From Somniosus microcephalus (lineage: Eukaryota), in contig CM126204.1 in the NCBI GenBank assembly GCA_052327205.1, positions 59,024,001 through 59,088,000 on the forward strand: a stretch of DNA of 64,000 bases, written 5' to 3'. Every line of letters starts with the position of its first letter. Within the stretch, counting starts at the first letter, position 1. This document shows, in pieces, positions 59,604-64,000 of this stretch. The notes under the pieces are model-generated. The model was not told the origin of the DNA and did no database searches. It saw only the letters and a program-made list of their open reading frames with translations. The position numbers were made by a program, and so were the translations under genes.

Positions 59604-62600
59604 TGTGGTGATTATTCCTTGTTTAGTAAAAGTATTGTGATTGGTTGTTTGTTAACTGCCTTGGGATATATGTTGTAATCTCATTGGTAGTTGATGTCAC
59701 ATGATGTGTGGTGGCCACCTTAAATTCAGTTCTTTTCCAGCTTTGGTTGGGACTAGATGTGCTGCAGATTTTAAAGTTAATAAAGCCTAGTTTTGGAAGG
59801 CAAACCTATTCTTTATTTCAATTTATTAACTTTATGTTAGAATGGAGCGATATCTTCAACCAGAACGATTCAAGGCTGACCCCAATTCTGCTGGAGTGGA
59901 TGATAAATGGAAACATTGGTATTGTACATTTAAAAACTTTTTGGGCGTGTTGGATCAAGAGCCTCTAAATAAGCTGAATATGCTGATCAACTACATTGCT
60001 CCGGATGTATATAAATATATTTTGGACTGTAAAACTTATGAAGTGGCTATTTCTACATTGGAAAAGATTTTAGTTAAACCAAAGAATGAGGTATTTGCAC
60101 GTCACCTTCTATCTGCCCATAGGCAGCAGGTGGGAGAATCATTGGATACTTATTTACAAGCACTTCGGTGCCTTAGTGTTAACTGTAATTATAAGGCCGT
60201 GACGGCTGAAGAATATAAGGAAGAATCGGTACGGGATGCTTTTATTAATGGATTACTGTCTAGATCAATTTGTCAGCGGTTGTTAGAAAATAAGACTTTG
60301 GATCTTAAAAGTGCTTTTGAGCAAGCTTCTACATTGGATGTGGCTCAGAGAAGTTCAGATTCTTATGCTCTTTTTAATCGGCCTGCGACTATGGTTTCGG
60401 CAGTTTCGGATGAAAAGGAATTATGTGGACTTAATGGGAGTGGTTTACTAGATTCTGAAACAGTTTCTACTTCGGCGGCTGTTGCCTCTAGGATTCAGAA
60501 GTGTTATTTTTGTGGGAATATCCGGCACCCTCGTCTGAAGTGTCCTGCTCGGGAGGCTGTGTGTAGTAAATGCGGCAAGAGAGGTCATTATGCACGCGTG
60601 TGCAAATCATCAGGTTCAATTACCTCCTCCTCTCCTGGTGTGGGAGGGCCCTCCTCTACCACCTCCTCCTCTGTGACTATTCAGCCTTTAGATAGGGCGT
60701 TTATTGCATCAATTTCTGCTGCATTTGCTCATGGCCTAAACAAAGCTATAGTTACGGCTCAAGTTAATGGGTTGGAAGTGAAGGCCCTTATAGATATGGG
60801 CAGTACTGAGAGTTTTATAAGTCTTCAGTTTGCGAAGGAGAAGTATTTGAAAATTTCACCTGTTACGTATCAGGTGTGTATGGCTCAGACGACCCTTACT
60901 TCACAAATAGCTGGTTGTTGCTTTGTGAAAATGATTCTTCTAGGTAATACGTATACTGATATACGCCTATCTGTTTTGCCTAATCTCTGTGCGGCTATTT
61001 TGATTGGTCATGATGTGCTTCAGTTACACGAGTCTCTTAGTCTTTCATTTGGAGGGACTAAGCCACCTTTATCTATTTGTGGATTAACCTCTTTATCCAT
61101 TTCTCCATTATCACTTTTTTTCAATTTGATGCCGGATTGTAAGCCAATTGCTACCAAGTCAAGAAGATATAGTAGTCAGGATAGAGAATTTATTAATTCT
61201 GAAGTTCAACGTCTCTTATTGGAAGGAATCATTGAACCTAGTTGTTCGCCTTGGCGAGCACAGGTAGTTGTCACGACTAACGAGAGACACAAGAAACGAA
61301 TGGTGATAGACTATTCCCAAACTATTAATAGGTATACTCAATTAGATGCGTACCCTTTGCCTAAGATTGATGAGCTTATCAATAAAGTATCTCCGTATAA
61401 GGTTTTTAGCACTATTGACCTAAAGAGTGCTTATCATCAGATTCCTATTGTTAAGAAGGATCAACCATATACGGCCTTTGAGGCTGGTGGAAGGCTGTAT
61501 CAGTTTTGCCGAATACCATTTGGTGTTACTAATGGTGTTGCTTGTTTTCAATGGGCAATGGATGCTTTTATAAGTGATAACTCCCTCTCTGACACCTTTT
61601 CATACTTAGATGACATCACAGTGTGTGGCAAATCAAGGGTGGAGCATGATTCTAATTTAAAAAGATTCCTTCAAGCTGCGGAAAAAGTTGGTTTAACTTT
61701 TAATAAAGAGAAATGTATCTTTTTGACTACTGAGGTAAATCTATTGGGGTATATTATCTCGGGAAACAAGATTAAACCAGATCCAGAACGTCTGCGACCA
61801 TTGATTGATTTACCTTGTCCTACTAATTCTAAGGCTTTGCAACGAGTTGTTGGACTGTTTTCTTATTATTCTAATTGGATTGCAAATTTTTCACGGAAGA
61901 TCCGGCCTCTTATTCAGGTTACGACATATCCTCTATCATGGGAGGCCAGGACATGTTTTGAGAATTTTAAAAAGGATATTTTAGGAGCAGTTGTGCATTC
62001 TATTGATGAGCAGGTTCCTTTTGTGATCGAGACGGATGCTTCTGATTTTGCAATTGGGGCTACTCTGAACCAAAATGGAAGACCTGTGGCCTTTTTCTCA
62101 CGTACTTTGAACAATAGTGAAAAAAGACATTCTTCAATAGAGAAAGAGGCATACGCAATAGTAGAAGCATTGCGTAAATGGAGACATTATTTATCGGGGC
62201 GACATTTCACGTTAGTAACTGATCAAAAATCTGTGCCCTTTATGTTTGATGTTAAACATTTTGGAAAGATCAAAAATGATAAAATAATGAGATGGAGGAT
62301 TGAGTTGGCATGTTACCATTTTGACATAGTTTATCGTCCAGGGAAGGATAATGTTGCTGCTGATGCACTGTCGAGGGCTTATTGTTCTGTGATTCACGGA
62401 GATACGCTTATTAATCTTCACAATGCCTTATGTCATCCTGGGGTTACGAGGATGATACACTTTGTACGCAGTAAGAATTTGCCCTTTTCAGTTGAAGACG
62501 TCAAGCGGATGACTTCATCATGTTCTATCTGCGCTCGGTGTAAACCGAATTTCTTTAAGCCTCAACGAGCTCATCTTATAAAGGCTACTTCTCCTTTTGA

Positions 62601-64000
62601 ACGTTTGAGCGTCGATTTTAAGGGGCCTCTTCCTTCAACTAATCAAAACTGATATATTTTTACTGTTGTGGATGAGTTTTCAGGGTTCCCTTTTGCTTTT
62701 CCTTGTGCAGATGTATCAGCTGCTACAGTTATCAAATGTCTGACTCAACTTTTTGTCATCTTTGGGATGCCTGCGTATATCCATTCGGATCAGGGAAGTT
62801 CTTTTATGTCTTCCCAGTTGAAGGAATACCTTCAGAGTCGGGGAATTTCTACTAGTAGAACTACCCCGTATAATCCCCAGGGTAATGGACAGTGCGAACG
62901 ATACAATGGGGTGATCTGGAAGGCAGTTATGTTGGCTTTGACATCCCGGAACCTTAAGAATACACAGTGGGAAATGGTACTGCCTGATGCCCTGCATTCC
63001 ATTAGATCATTGCTTTCAACGGCTACTAATGTGACCCCCCATGAAAGGCTCTTTAACTATCCACGGAGATCTACTACGGGATATTCAGTACCTTCATGGC
63101 TTACTATGCAGGGACCTGTGCTGCTTCGACGCCATGTTAGATTGTCAAAATATGATCCTTTAGTGGAGGAGGTGGAGCTGTTGGAGGCAAATTCCCAATA
63201 TGTTCATATTCGATTCCAAGATGGGAAAGGAAGTACTGTTTCAATTAAAGACTTGGCTCCTTGTGGTGGCCAGCCCTCTTCTGAGGATATTAACAATAGT
63301 CATGATTTAGATAATGTGGATGCTGTTACAGATACTACGAATGTCTCCAATCCGATTGCAGATAATTATACTTCTATTAGTCAGCCCTTGATGGATGTTT
63401 ATGACCGTCCCAGTTTACCTTCTGATGGGATTTCTAATCCGGAAACCGTTGAAAATCGGGATATGGATAGCCTTCTTGCTGAAGATACTTCTGTGCCTTC
63501 TGGTGTGGGAGGGCAAGGAATTTCACCAAGGTTAAGAAGGTCGACACGAACAAGATATCCGGTCGACCGATTGAAAATGGACTTTTAAATTGATAGTAAT
63601 GTTTTAAAATTGTTGTAATATTATATTATATTGTTTTAGTTGAGAGATACTTAATACTTATGTGCAATGTTATTATTTGTTGTTGTTCACTTAGTATTGT
63701 GTCATGTAAACAGTTTTACTCTTGTTGTGCATAGTTTTAGTTGTAAATAATTAATTATAAATTGTAAAGGTTATTTAGGTTGGAGTATATTTTAAAAGGA
63801 GGGGTGAATGTGGTGATTATTCCTTGTTTAGTAAAAGTATTGTGATTGGTTGTTTGTTAACTGCCTTGGGATATATGTTGTAATCTCATTGGTAGTTGAT
63901 GTCACATGATGTGTGGTGGCCACCTTAAATTCAGTTCTTTTCCAGCTTTGGTTGGGACTGGATGTGGAAAGATGTGCTGCAGATTTTAAAGTTAATAAAG
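59604..64000 (+). mobile_element. Gypsy LTR retrotransposon E (same clade as A); 3' LTR runs off the window
   Basis: 5' LTR 59604 to about 59820; 3' LTR from 63809; PPT aaaaggaggggtgaa 63794-63808. Confidence 0.95.
59842..63588 (+). pseudogene. gag-pol of E with a single in-frame stop (62650-62652)
   Basis: ORFs 59842-62652 and 62668-63588 share a frame; SPWRAQVVV, YLDD, ETDASD, VDFKG/HSDQG/QCER. Confidence 0.93.

Noticed and set aside
62650-62652. Programmed stop-codon readthrough in E
   Set aside because: TGA lies inside the integrase core and is simply explained by CGA>TGA decay; A is open here.

Overview
Repeat-dense eukaryotic DNA, most likely from a cartilaginous fish (HE1-type V-SINE, abundant CR1 and Penelope-like elements). 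I found no confidently identifiable host exon. The window holds six Gypsy/Ty3 LTR retrotransposons, five with both LTRs and TSDs resolved and one whose 3' LTR runs off the window end. It also holds PIF/Harbinger transposase and Myb remnants and MITEs, Penelope-like elements in inverted configurations with minimal hammerhead ribozyme motifs, and CR1/L2/RTE LINE fragments, often nested. Two observations stand out. (1) The LTR element at 48508-54514 lacks RT/RNaseH/integrase. In their place Gag-protease is fused in frame to a mosaic of host-like, mostly coiled-coil fragments (STK10/SLK-, ANKRD24/RAI14/UACA-, EVI5- and DNAJC21-like). Removing one MITE restores a single 1056-codon ORF. (2) Two related Gypsy elements (9711-14192 and 59604-64000) have no tRNA primer-binding site. 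Instead a 13-nt sequence right after the 5' LTR is the reverse complement of the AATAAA-containing segment of each element's own LTR, with compensatory differences between the two, suggesting self-priming. Host-gene assignments come from recalled protein sequences, not a database search. LTR comparisons were made by eye.
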